A DNA stretch of 64,000 nucleotides from a phage. A program made the translations under genes and the position numbers. Of this stretch, positions 37,572-46,206 are shown one piece after another (the stretch's first letter is position 1; each line of letters opens with the position of its first letter). The DNA lies in sequence record QB031382.1. One strand, written 5' to 3'. Under the pieces are notes generated by a model. It was given only the letters and a program-made list of their open reading frames with translations. It did not search any database and was not told the origin of the DNA.

Positions 37572-37855
37572 TTTCTAGTCCCCTTCTTAGATTTTTGTGA
37601 AGAAACGCTTTCTGCAATACGAGACAGGCGTTCTTCTGAAGCTTTACCTACCCCAGGTTTCTTGAGCGGGTTATCTTTATGACCGCAATCCAATTGGATG
37701 CTAGATACCTCTCCAACCTTGTAAGTCAATTCTAGCAAAAGGTTGTCGTCCTTGTCAAATGTTTTTACGATAAATTTTTTATCGTCCTCCTGAACTTCAT
37801 ACCTAGTACCTGCAGTATACAGCATGGTGCCATCAGTGTAGGATATCCAAATCAT
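37568..37855 (-). CDS. hypothetical protein
   Basis: Tool ORF; overlapping start/stop. Confidence 0.45.
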   Translation of the reverse strand: MIWISYTDGTMLYTAGTRYEVQEDDKKFIVKTFDKDDNLLLELTYKVGEVSSIQLDCGHKDNPLKKPGVGKASEERLSRIAESVSSQKSKKGTRK

Positions 37856-38199
37856 TGCACCTCCTTCTGCTGCAACAGCATTAACTCTTTGTTGGAAATC
37901 TTTACTACTGTCTTTATTGTTCCATCTTCACGGAACCACGACCAGAATTCTACAGTGTCACCACTATCAAGCAAGGCATGACCATGGTAAAAATCCTTGT
38001 CCTTAGACAGTTTCTCATCTATATCTGCATCGACACATTCGTGATCCATAGCATTTTGCCTGAATGCATCGGTTATGCCAATGCATGCCTTGCTCTCAAG
38101 ACTGGCATATCCGATATCTTTTAATTCAGTTTCCCAAACCCAGAACCCTATAAAAGCCACAACAGCTACCCACATTAATATCGATTTAATCTTTGACAT
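37852..38199 (-). CDS. hypothetical protein with N-terminal signal/TM segment
   Basis: N-terminus MSKIKSILMWVAVVAFIGFWVW hydrophobic. Confidence 0.5.
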   Translation of the reverse strand: MSKIKSILMWVAVVAFIGFWVWETELKDIGYASLESKACIGITDAFRQNAMDHECVDADIDEKLSKDKDFYHGHALLDSGDTVEFWSWFREDGTIKTVVKISNKELMLLQQKEVQ

Positions 38200-38259
38200 T
38201 CTCTCTACCTCTTTCTTAATTTGTTTAATTATGGCACATCCTTTGTGCCTTGTTGCACA

Positions 38260-38730
38260 CTACTTAGACAACAGTTCAAAATAGTGCAAAATTAACAGAA
38301 GTTGAATTACGCCTAGCACAACGGTAAGTATGTTAATCTTAGAATCAAAAAACTTCTTAACTTTTACTCTAAAAGGTTCCTTAATGTCCTTTACGATCCT
38401 ATCTATAGATGACCTCATATCTCTGATTACCATCCTGAACATTAAAGACGGATGCTCCCCCATCTCTGTAACGGAATCGAAAACATACTCTCTTCGGTCA
38501 TAAGGGCCGCCAGCTCTGCGTATTAACCTCTCCACAGAGACCTCGAACGTCACACCTGTAACGTAATCATCTATAACAAGTCGTGACGGGTCTTTACCTT
38601 TACTATCAAGAGGTATCAAAGTTATCTTTCCAGATTTTGTTAAAATTTCTCCTTTTTCAAGCAAGGTGTACCAATGCTCTCTACCAAGATTGTTGAGGCA
38701 CGTTTTTACATATTTAACAAACATCGTCAC
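38260..38730 (-). CDS. hypothetical protein with C-terminal TM anchor
   Basis: C-terminus ILTVVLGVIQLLLILHYF hydrophobic. Confidence 0.5.
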   Translation of the reverse strand: MTMFVKYVKTCLNNLGREHWYTLLEKGEILTKSGKITLIPLDSKGKDPSRLVIDDYVTGVTFEVSVERLIRRAGGPYDRREYVFDSVTEMGEHPSLMFRMVIRDMRSSIDRIVKDIKEPFRVKVKKFFDSKINILTVVLGVIQLLLILHYFELLSK

Positions 38731-38930
38731 CCCTTATCGCACGTCTGATATAACCATTCTATGAAATCTTGATACCACTCTCCCTCTGAGCGCTCCGTAG
38801 GCCAATAATCTTCCCCCTCTCTTGCATTAAAATCTGAGTATTCGACTTTCCACTCCTTTACCAGCTCGTGGAGAAGGTTTTCAGCCTGTTCTAAGGATTT
38901 ATTTTTTGTCATTACTGTCCCCTTTTTCAA
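38727..38930 (-). CDS. hypothetical protein
   Basis: Tool ORF. Confidence 0.4.
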   Translation of the reverse strand: MKKGTVMTKNKSLEQAENLLHELVKEWKVEYSDFNAREGEDYWPTERSEGEWYQDFIEWLYQTCDKG

Positions 38931-39132
38931 GATAATTATACATCAGTGCCGCGCCACCCAAAATGGCTACTAGCAGTAATACTCCAGAGAGCATTTCAAT
39001 AAACATGGCTTGAAACATTAGAAGGCCCCCTCTAATTTCACGCACCATTTTAAATACATACTCTTTTCCCATGAAGATGCTAAACTAAGGTCTGTATAGA
39101 ATGCAATCTCCCTAAGAACAGCATAAACAGTT

Positions 39133-39369
39133 TCAGGCACTGTTACCATTCTTATCTGCCTCCTTCATTTTCCTGACGGTTTTACAGTGATCTACCAAGC
39201 ACATAACCACAATGAAGAGAACAATAGGCCAAAAAGGTGCGGCAGTGATTATAGTTATAAAGTCGTCAAACTTAATTTTTCTACAAGATATGATGCAAAG
39301 AGTTGCTAAAACAACCATTGTCAGAAAGGTCAATGCGCAATACCAAACCAGCACAGTGTCTATAGTCAT
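39133..39369 (-). CDS. hypothetical membrane protein
   Basis: Two hydrophobic helices. Confidence 0.45.
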   Translation of the reverse strand: MTIDTVLVWYCALTFLTMVVLATLCIISCRKIKFDDFITIITAAPFWPIVLFIVVMCLVDHCKTVRKMKEADKNGNSA

Positions 39370-39370
39370 A

Positions 39371-39898
39371 CTATATCTCCTGGTTCAAACTGTTAAGAAA
39401 GGATACCCTGTCTTCGCTATTTTTCTCTGTGATGTACCCTCCAAACATGGAAAGAATCACATGCTTCAAGTAATCTTTTTCTGGGTCGCTTAGATGATTG
39501 CGTGGCTTTATTTCCACATCATGGTAGTCATACAATCCACAATCATGATACCCCCAGTATCGACACACCTCAATACTGATCGGGAGTTTTTTGTCACACG
39601 AAACTTTCCAACGGGTTACGTTGTTACCAGGAGATAAATCCTCTCCCACCTTCACGAATGACAAATCATAATTCATAAACTTTTCGTACAGTTTAAGTAC
39701 AAAACCTTCTACCTGTGGAGAAACACCAGCCACTAGCTGGGCGTATCTATATTTACTTTCAATAATTTTTCGGCGCTTTGCTGTAAGGTTTATTGCAGCA
39801 ATTTGACTCTCCGAGTATCTCCAAGGCTTATATATAAATGCTTTCGGGTCTTTATCGCCATAAAAATCTTTCCAATCAACTAGCAGCATACCTGTCAC
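39371..39898 (-). CDS. hypothetical protein
   Basis: Tool ORF, 175 aa. Confidence 0.5.
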   Translation of the reverse strand: MTGMLLVDWKDFYGDKDPKAFIYKPWRYSESQIAAINLTAKRRKIIESKYRYAQLVAGVSPQVEGFVLKLYEKFMNYDLSFVKVGEDLSPGNNVTRWKVSCDKKLPISIEVCRYWGYHDCGLYDYHDVEIKPRNHLSDPEKDYLKHVILSMFGGYITEKNSEDRVSFLNSLNQEI

Positions 39899-40128
39899 TC
39901 CTCCACAACTTCAAGGCCTTTGCCGCCTCGTTCTGGTAGATTACTTAAAGACAGGTAATACGTATAGTCAGGAGAGATCCTACCAGACTCTGCACCTGCA
40001 GATAGTAAATCTTTTCCCTTAACCATGACAACATTATCGTTTGCAGATAGTCGTTTTGCTTCCACAGTTTTACCAACGCAGTCAACCAAGGAAGGGTACC
40101 CTAAATCTGTAAGAAATTTAACTTTCAT
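39895..40128 (-). CDS. hypothetical protein (GxDLxAAGA family)
   Basis: MKVKFLTD...KGKDLLSAGA. Confidence 0.5.
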   Translation of the reverse strand: MKVKFLTDLGYPSLVDCVGKTVEAKRLSANDNVVMVKGKDLLSAGAESGRISPDYTYYLSLSNLPERGGKGLEVVEE

Positions 40129-40167
40129 GCTACCTCCTACTTCTACCGTCCCTGGTAAGATAAATTA

Positions 40168-40566
40168 TTACTGAACAAAGCGCGGAGCTGGGAAGGATAA
40201 CTCTTCTAAAGAGAAGATTTCATTCCCCACAATCCATGTTGCCGGATCATCTGGGTTGACTGGATAGATAATCATCACCTCGTCCGGGTTACATACCCGC
40301 TTTTTACCTGTGGAGTTATCAGCAACCAGCATGCGCGGTTCTTCAGAAATGCACAGGTAGCCTCCTCGGCCCACTGTTCCTTCCACAGGGTCTTGTCCTT
40401 TGATCACGATGATTATCTTTTCACCTGAGGCGATATTACCTTGCACACTAACCGTTTGACCAACCTTAGATGTGCCAATCTTAGTGACTTCGAACATTGC
40501 ATCCCGAATCACTGTTGCATAATCGCCAGACACTTTCTTACCTTCTTTAGTGATCTCAATCTTCAT
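40168..40566 (-). CDS. hypothetical protein
   Basis: Tool ORF. Confidence 0.5.
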   Translation of the reverse strand: MKIEITKEGKKVSGDYATVIRDAMFEVTKIGTSKVGQTVSVQGNIASGEKIIIVIKGQDPVEGTVGRGGYLCISEEPRMLVADNSTGKKRVCNPDEVMIIYPVNPDDPATWIVGNEIFSLEELSFPAPRFVQ

Positions 40567-40802
40567 ACACTGGGCTCCTTAAATGAATCTATGTAATCAA
40601 TTAAATCCCAAGCATCCCTATGACCTGTCAAAGGGTATACTTCTCCAAGAGGGATCATAGCAATAAGTCTATCAAAAACCCAGTCTGGACGCAACATTTT
40701 ATGATGATATTCCCACTCACCTTCTACAGACTTTTTCTGAGTGATCAGAATCTCTGTGTAGTGTTTTGCCTGTCTTGAGTAGATTGAAAATGACTTGTAC
40801 AT
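40563..40802 (-). CDS. hypothetical protein
   Basis: Tool ORF. Confidence 0.45.
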   Translation of the reverse strand: MYKSFSIYSRQAKHYTEILITQKKSVEGEWEYHHKMLRPDWVFDRLIAMIPLGEVYPLTGHRDAWDLIDYIDSFKEPSV

Positions 40803-40839
40803 AGATGACCCCTCCTCTTGTTGAAAACAAAATACACTA

Positions 40840-41124
40840 CTACCAGGTCACTGTCAAGTAGGCAACCGTGTTATTTTTCTCCGGAGAGATGCCAACAACA
40901 TCCACCTGCAGACCTCCTGCCCTCAAATCCCCAACGATGTGTGGGAAGTAGTCTGAGAGGTGCGATGGGAGATTTATCGAAAATCCGCATCCCAGAAAGC
41001 CTGCTAACGCTTTATTTTGTATCTCCCCTACAATCGCATCATAAATGGAGTTAAGCTCGTCAGGAAGAGTTACAGGACGTTTTAGCGCTAACTGGTGCAA
41101 CTTGTCCTTAGCACTCATTTTCAT
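40840..41124 (-). CDS. hypothetical protein
   Basis: Start moved to ATG overlapping MTase stop. Confidence 0.45.
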   Translation of the reverse strand: MKMSAKDKLHQLALKRPVTLPDELNSIYDAIVGEIQNKALAGFLGCGFSINLPSHLSDYFPHIVGDLRAGGLQVDVVGISPEKNNTVAYLTVTW

Positions 41125-41654
41125 TTCAGGTCTACCTCTGGAGGTGCCAACCACATAAATGGCGGCAGGTCTAAACGGTTCTTCTTGTCCCACACAAAAT
41201 ATGCATATGCTTGCCCGTCAGTTCTGCCATTCGATTGGAATGATGGACGCTTAGATATTGTGATCACAGTGGTAGGTGCATTATCAAGCCACCATTCAAA
41301 TCTGGCTTTGCTTTCCAGAAAATTAAGACGCAAAAGCATAATAACTACGTCAGCATCTTTCAACGCCTTGTCTACAAACTCACGAGCCAGGCTGTACGGT
41401 GGGTTGGTGATAATACAGTCAACATGGTTGTATTCTGTATTCAGATAGTCAACACCTTCTTGGATTTCTCCCCATGCAGATCCTAATGGCATACGGGAGT
41501 AGAACACACCTGAGGCGCTGTTCCTGCAAGGCTCTAGGTAGGTCCAGTCTTCTGGGAACGGAATAAGGTCATACAGCCCTTCTGCACACCACTCCGGTGT
41601 CACATACTCGTCGTAAGCGTTACGTTGTTCATCAGGTTTTCTAGCACAAGTCAT
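41121..41654 (-). CDS. small N6-adenine DNA methyltransferase (phage Dam-like)
   Basis: Motif IV ITNPPYSLA; motif I-like YLEPCRNSASG; only 177 aa. Confidence 0.65.
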   Translation of the reverse strand: MTCARKPDEQRNAYDEYVTPEWCAEGLYDLIPFPEDWTYLEPCRNSASGVFYSRMPLGSAWGEIQEGVDYLNTEYNHVDCIITNPPYSLAREFVDKALKDADVVIMLLRLNFLESKARFEWWLDNAPTTVITISKRPSFQSNGRTDGQAYAYFVWDKKNRLDLPPFMWLAPPEVDLK

Positions 41655-41705
41655 GCAAATCTCCAGATCATAAAAGCCCTCCGAAGAGGGCTTTAGAATT
41701 AATGT

Positions 41706-42755
41706 TTAAGCTTCTTCGACAATTCCTGCACCCAGGATTTTTTCATTGAGCTCTTTTGCTGTTTTAATAATATTGTCCACCAGACGCTTGCGGGTCTTAT
41801 CTTTAACCTGAACTTCTTCACCTCCGTTCAGGGTGGTTTTCAATTGGGACAAAATGTCCTGAAGCTCTACCACAGAGAATCGCTGCAGATCTTCCGAGGT
41901 AATCTCACCCAGTGCAATCTTAACGGTCTCGCCACTCTCCATCTGCAGATTCAGGAACACAGTGTGAACATCACCTTTCACACCATTTGCTTTTGCAGAC
42001 TCAACAGCATGAACCAGCTCGTCCAGAGATGTGCATTGGTGAATCTCTGGCAGGCCTGCTTCACCTAGCACACCTTCTTCATCACTTTTTGCCAGAAGCT
42101 TTTTCGGTTTCTGTCCATTCTGAATGCGCTGAATGTTTTCATCGTCCAGAATAATAGCACCAGTTCGAGATGCCAGCTCTTCTCCATCTAACCACACTTC
42201 GCCGCCAGCTGTGATGGATGCGATCTCATCTTCTGTTAGCACTCCACCGTAGTATTTTTCGATCAGGCGTTCAAAACGTTTCTTCCAGTAGTTGACCTGG
42301 GTATTCATGTTCACACCGTTACCATAGGTGCCACCTTGATAATAGTGGAACATAAATTCTGTGTCCGGAGCCACAGTTCGTTCTTTGCAACCCAGCCATA
42401 AGATTGTTCCTGCTGAACAGCACATCCCTTCAGCGTGTACAACAACGCTTGCCTGAGACTCGCGGAATGCCTGCAAATACGCCATAGCAATGTGAACGCA
42501 ACCACCAGGGCTGTTAATGATTACACGGATACTTTCTTCTGGCTGAGCCATACGAATCGTCTGTAGACGAGACATATGATCTTGCAGGTCGTCCAAATCG
42601 TCAATATAAAGAACGTGGTCAACAACAGGTGTTGGGTAGCTGTATGTTTCCATAATACCACCAGGCATACCAAACATTTTGTTACTCATAGGTTCGAAAC
42701 CGTTCTGTTTTTCTTTCATGCCGTGTACCATGGTGCTGCGAGGTGTTAAATTCAT
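41706..42755 (-). CDS. ClpP-like serine protease with about 170-aa C-terminal extension
   Basis: VIINSPGG, GMCCSAGT (Ser) and MFHYYQGG (His) match ClpP catalytic regions. Confidence 0.7.
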   Translation of the reverse strand: MNLTPRSTMVHGMKEKQNGFEPMSNKMFGMPGGIMETYSYPTPVVDHVLYIDDLDDLQDHMSRLQTIRMAQPEESIRVIINSPGGCVHIAMAYLQAFRESQASVVVHAEGMCCSAGTILWLGCKERTVAPDTEFMFHYYQGGTYGNGVNMNTQVNYWKKRFERLIEKYYGGVLTEDEIASITAGGEVWLDGEELASRTGAIILDDENIQRIQNGQKPKKLLAKSDEEGVLGEAGLPEIHQCTSLDELVHAVESAKANGVKGDVHTVFLNLQMESGETVKIALGEITSEDLQRFSVVELQDILSQLKTTLNGGEEVQVKDKTRKRLVDNIIKTAKELNEKILGAGIVEEA

Positions 42756-42815
42756 GAGAAATCCTTAATATTGGAAGTTGAAAGCTATTTATTTAAACCT
42801 GATTCACATTTACCT

Positions 42816-43127
42816 TTATTTAGCAATCACTATAGAATACTTACGATTGTCAGAAGCATCACAGCTCAATGATTGCCAGTCTACCACATACCACGTATCA
42901 TTGTCAACAATTACTTTATCGCCTGTTCTGTAGCAGGTGCTGCTTTCAATAATCCGAGACTCGATAAAGAATCTGTGTCGGCGCTCACGTAGCAACGCTA
43001 AGTTGATTATATTACCACCACTGTCCTTGGTCCACACATTCTTGGATCCCTTATTTGCCAAAATTGTCTCGCCGTTATATACAAACAGGCAGTATATTTT
43101 ATTCAGTCTCTCTTGTATTGTAGCCAT
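42816..43127 (-). CDS. hypothetical protein
   Basis: Tool ORF; (AAT)7 tract just upstream. Confidence 0.45.
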   Translation of the reverse strand: MATIQERLNKIYCLFVYNGETILANKGSKNVWTKDSGGNIINLALLRERRHRFFIESRIIESSTCYRTGDKVIVDNDTWYVVDWQSLSCDASDNRKYSIVIAK

Positions 43128-43242
43128 ACTGTGCCCTTCTCCTTGTTTTGTTCAATAATAATAATAATAATAATATCTAAAGCTCACCTGTTTGTCAACA
43201 ACTGTTTTAGATATTTAAGGGTGGAATAACCACCCTTCTGTA

Positions 43243-44031
43243 TTACTCGGAAACAGGAGTCCAAATATGATTTGCACGATCCTCAATAAGATTGAGTGCA
43301 ATCTGACGGCCCAACCCGGAACGAACGACATCGTCTGGACTATCAAAGCTAATCATTCCAACCTCAGGATCTGGATGACGAGTAAAGAAATCCGTCACCC
43401 ATGCAAGGCCAGATTTACCAGGGATGTCACGTTGGCTATTATCACCCATAATTACAAGGGTGGCCTGATCAGAGATCCTTGTGATGATTGACAACATTTC
43501 TTCAGGATTGGTTTGCTGTGCTTCATCAATAAGGACAAAGCATCGTTCATCAAAACTACGACCACGAATGCTTTCAACCTCACAAATCTCGATACGGCTG
43601 TTCTGACCGTCCCCAAGCATTGCTGCAAAAGCACCTTTGCCAACACGACGACAAATAGTGTCCATCATGCTTCGAAGATAGGGCCACAGTTTCTGCATTG
43701 CATTTCCGGGTTTAAATCCTGAAGTCTTTCCTGTCTGAACGTAAGGACGTGCAACAATGATCTTATCAATCTCGTTCTTGCGCAGAAGATCACCTGCATA
43801 TGCAGATGCCATGAATGTCTTACCGGATCCAAACACACCGTTTACAATGATAATCTTACGCGACCCTAGATAATCAAGATACTTTTGCTGCTTTTTATTC
43901 ATTGGTCGGAGAGCTGGAGCGGTGTGCTCTCGTTCGTCAGCAAATTTTTCAGCAGCCTTACGCAGGCGATCAGATTTGCGAGCCTCTCTAGCTTCATCAC
44001 GCATGCGTTTTGTTTCTTTAGCTCGACCCAT
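43243..44031 (-). CDS. phoH: PhoH-like ATPase
   Basis: Walker A VNGVFGSGKTF with PhoH-like flanks. Confidence 0.85.
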   Translation of the reverse strand: MGRAKETKRMRDEAREARKSDRLRKAAEKFADEREHTAPALRPMNKKQQKYLDYLGSRKIIIVNGVFGSGKTFMASAYAGDLLRKNEIDKIIVARPYVQTGKTSGFKPGNAMQKLWPYLRSMMDTICRRVGKGAFAAMLGDGQNSRIEICEVESIRGRSFDERCFVLIDEAQQTNPEEMLSIITRISDQATLVIMGDNSQRDIPGKSGLAWVTDFFTRHPDPEVGMISFDSPDDVVRSGLGRQIALNLIEDRANHIWTPVSE

Positions 44032-44070
44032 GTTGGGACTCCTTTCAGATTGAGATGTGCCAAGTACTTT

Positions 44071-44421
44071 TTACTGCAATAGTTTTTCAATAGCCGCTTC
44101 CATGCTGCTTGCAACAGCCTGAACTCGGATATTCATCTCTTCTTGGTGGATCAGCTCCTTAAGCTCTTTAATGGTAAATTCTTTAGAGAAACCTTCCACC
44201 ATAATCTTGTGTAAGGCTTCTTGCGTGTCTACCTGCAAGAACTTTTCCAGTTTGTTGGCAGAGGCTTCTAAATCAGCCCGAATACGAGGGTCATCTGTGC
44301 GATTCAGCATCAGGCGTAAGCCATCAAGATTAGTAGAAATAGCGTCTGCATGTTGAGTAACTAATCGTGGCAAAATGAGATCTACAAACTTATTAGCCAA
44401 ATCGATACGTTCTTGTGTCAC
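44071..44421 (-). CDS. hypothetical helical protein
   Basis: GTG start overlapping upstream small ORF. Confidence 0.5.
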   Translation of the reverse strand: MTQERIDLANKFVDLILPRLVTQHADAISTNLDGLRLMLNRTDDPRIRADLEASANKLEKFLQVDTQEALHKIMVEGFSKEFTIKELKELIHQEEMNIRVQAVASSMEAAIEKLLQ

Positions 44422-44531
44422 TGTTGCACCCCCTCTTCATCCTCATGATGTTTCTTTTCATGCTTGTGTTTTTTCTTAAGCTCAAGCGCAATCTCTTTTT
44501 TGTACGCCTTCTTCAAGGCCTTTTTAGCCAT
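44418..44531 (-). CDS. small Lys/His-rich basic protein (37 aa)
   Basis: Hand-translated MAKKALKKAYKKEIALELKKKHKHEKKHHEDEEGVQQ; SD AGAGGAGGTG; promoter upstream. Confidence 0.4.
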   Translation of the reverse strand: MAKKALKKAYKKEIALELKKKHKHEKKHHEDEEGVQQ

Positions 44532-44550
44532 TTGGCACCTCCTCTGCTTT

Positions 44551-44580
44551 CATTACGCTAATTATAACCAACTTAACAAG
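44551..44580 (-). promoter_or_regulatory. sigma70-like promoter (minus strand)
   Basis: Minus-strand TTGACA, 18-bp spacer, TATAAT. Confidence 0.5.
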
Positions 44581-44593
44581 ACTTTGTCAACAA

Positions 44594-45067
44594 TTAGTCA
44601 ATCTGAACCCAACCGCCTGCTACCTTTTTAAACATTCTTTGGTTATCACTACCTCTGAAAGGTTTTTTGGTTGGTAAATCTTTTACATACTTTCCATCAA
44701 TGACGATATCAGCCAGTTTAAGAACATCACTAGAGATATGCTCAAATGTGAACCCAGTATACACAAGAATAGTTTTCTTGTCACCAAACTTTTCCTTAAT
44801 TCTCCTCATAAGGTCAATAATACCTGGCTCATTATAAGTAGCCAAAGGCTCTCCACCAAGTAAAGAAATACCGCATACAGATTCATTGTCTAAATCCAAC
44901 AAAATTTTCTGCAAATCTTCTTCGGTGAACTCTCTTCCTTTATCTTTTGACCAAAATGCTTGATTAAAGCAACCGGGACAAGCGTGTGGGCACCCAGATA
45001 CCCACAAAGCTGTCCTAATACCTGGCCCCTCGGTGTAAGATATCTCTGTATACCCGACAATATTCAT
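44594..45067 (-). CDS. nrdG: anaerobic ribonucleotide reductase activating protein (radical SAM)
   Basis: GPGIRTALWVSGCPHACPGCFN cluster; start set at second ATG (MNIVGY). Confidence 0.8.
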   Translation of the reverse strand: MNIVGYTEISYTEGPGIRTALWVSGCPHACPGCFNQAFWSKDKGREFTEEDLQKILLDLDNESVCGISLLGGEPLATYNEPGIIDLMRRIKEKFGDKKTILVYTGFTFEHISSDVLKLADIVIDGKYVKDLPTKKPFRGSDNQRMFKKVAGGWVQID

Positions 45068-45180
45068 ACATACTCCGCATCGCATTTAGGACAATGCCAA
45101 ATAAAATCGTCCAGTGCCTTACACCAACGAAGATTGCAATGACAACCACACTTGCAAATTTTATAAATACCTGTAGACAT
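45064..45180 (-). CDS. small zinc-ribbon protein (38 aa)
   Basis: Hand-translated MSTGIYKICKCGCHCNLRWCKALDDFIWHCPKCDAEYV; SD GGAGGT; stop overlaps nrdG start. Confidence 0.4.
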   Translation of the reverse strand: MSTGIYKICKCGCHCNLRWCKALDDFIWHCPKCDAEYV

Positions 45181-45243
45181 GCTGCACCTCCTAGTTTACT
45201 GTGTGACAACAATATGCCACATCCTTGTGACTTTTGTCAAGTA

Positions 45244-46206
45244 TCAGCAACCACAACTTCCGTAGTGCTTAACCCGTTCTATAACCTCCGCTTGCTTACC
45301 TTTATTGTAAGGACGGGAGTTTGGACTGGACAGATACCCGGATACACGTCTAATCACACTGATCGTTCCCTCTTCATGGTTTCCACACTCTGGGCATACA
45401 AAGCCTTTAGCTGTTGCACTGAACTCACCAGAGAATCCACACTTAAGACATTTATCCACAGGCTGGTTAATACCAAAATACATAATGTGTTTATATCCGA
45501 AATCAACAAGAGCTTCCAAAGCATCTAAGTTGTTTTTCAGATTTGGTGTCTCTATGTACCCAATGTTGCCACCAGAGGAGATCATAGCAAAACCTTCCTC
45601 ATACTTCCACTTATCAAAAGGCGAGCTATTGATCCATACTGGCTGATGGAAACTGTTGGTGAGGTATTCATGCTCGTGCTTCAACACTTCTGGGTATTCA
45701 CGATCCAGACAGGTTGCAGCTTTATAGCATAAACTCTCAGAAGGTGTGCCGTACAAGCTAAATGCTAGTCCACTTTCCTTCTTGTATCGCTCACAAGCAT
45801 CTTTCATGTGCTGAAGGATTCCAAGAGCTAAAGCCTTGTCACCCTCTCTGCCCAAAATCTGACAGGTTTCATACACACCAATATACCCAATACTGATGGA
45901 AGCGTACCCGTCATAGAAGAGTTTATCGATACTCTCTTCAGGATCCAGGCGAGCAAGAGCTCCTTCACACCACATGATAGGGTTATGCCCTGCCTTTGTT
46001 CCTTTTAGACGGTTAACTCTTACAAGGTGAGCCTCATATGCCAAATCCAAATATTCGTCAAGAACTGCAAAGAAATCAACACCTTCCGTTTTAGCTTTTG
46101 CCGCAATCATTGGTAGGTTAAGGCTAACAACACCCAAGTTGAATCTGCCAAGGTATTTCTCCTCGCCTGTTACAGGATCGCTATATTTCGATAAGAAACT
46201 TCTACA
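45244..46206 (-). CDS. nrdD: anaerobic ribonucleotide reductase NrdD, exon 2
   Basis: Begins CRSFLSKYSDP; C-terminal zinc ribbon and glycyl-radical motif RRVSGYLSS. Confidence 0.8.
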   Translation of the reverse strand, partial: CRSFLSKYSDPVTGEEKYLGRFNLGVVSLNLPMIAAKAKTEGVDFFAVLDEYLDLAYEAHLVRVNRLKGTKAGHNPIMWCEGALARLDPEESIDKLFYDGYASISIGYIGVYETCQILGREGDKALALGILQHMKDACERYKKESGLAFSLYGTPSESLCYKAATCLDREYPEVLKHEHEYLTNSFHQPVWINSSPFDKWKYEEGFAMISSGGNIGYIETPNLKNNLDALEALVDFGYKHIMYFGINQPVDKCLKCGFSGEFSATAKGFVCPECGNHEEGTISVIRRVSGYLSSPNSRPYNKGKQAEVIERVKHYGSCGC

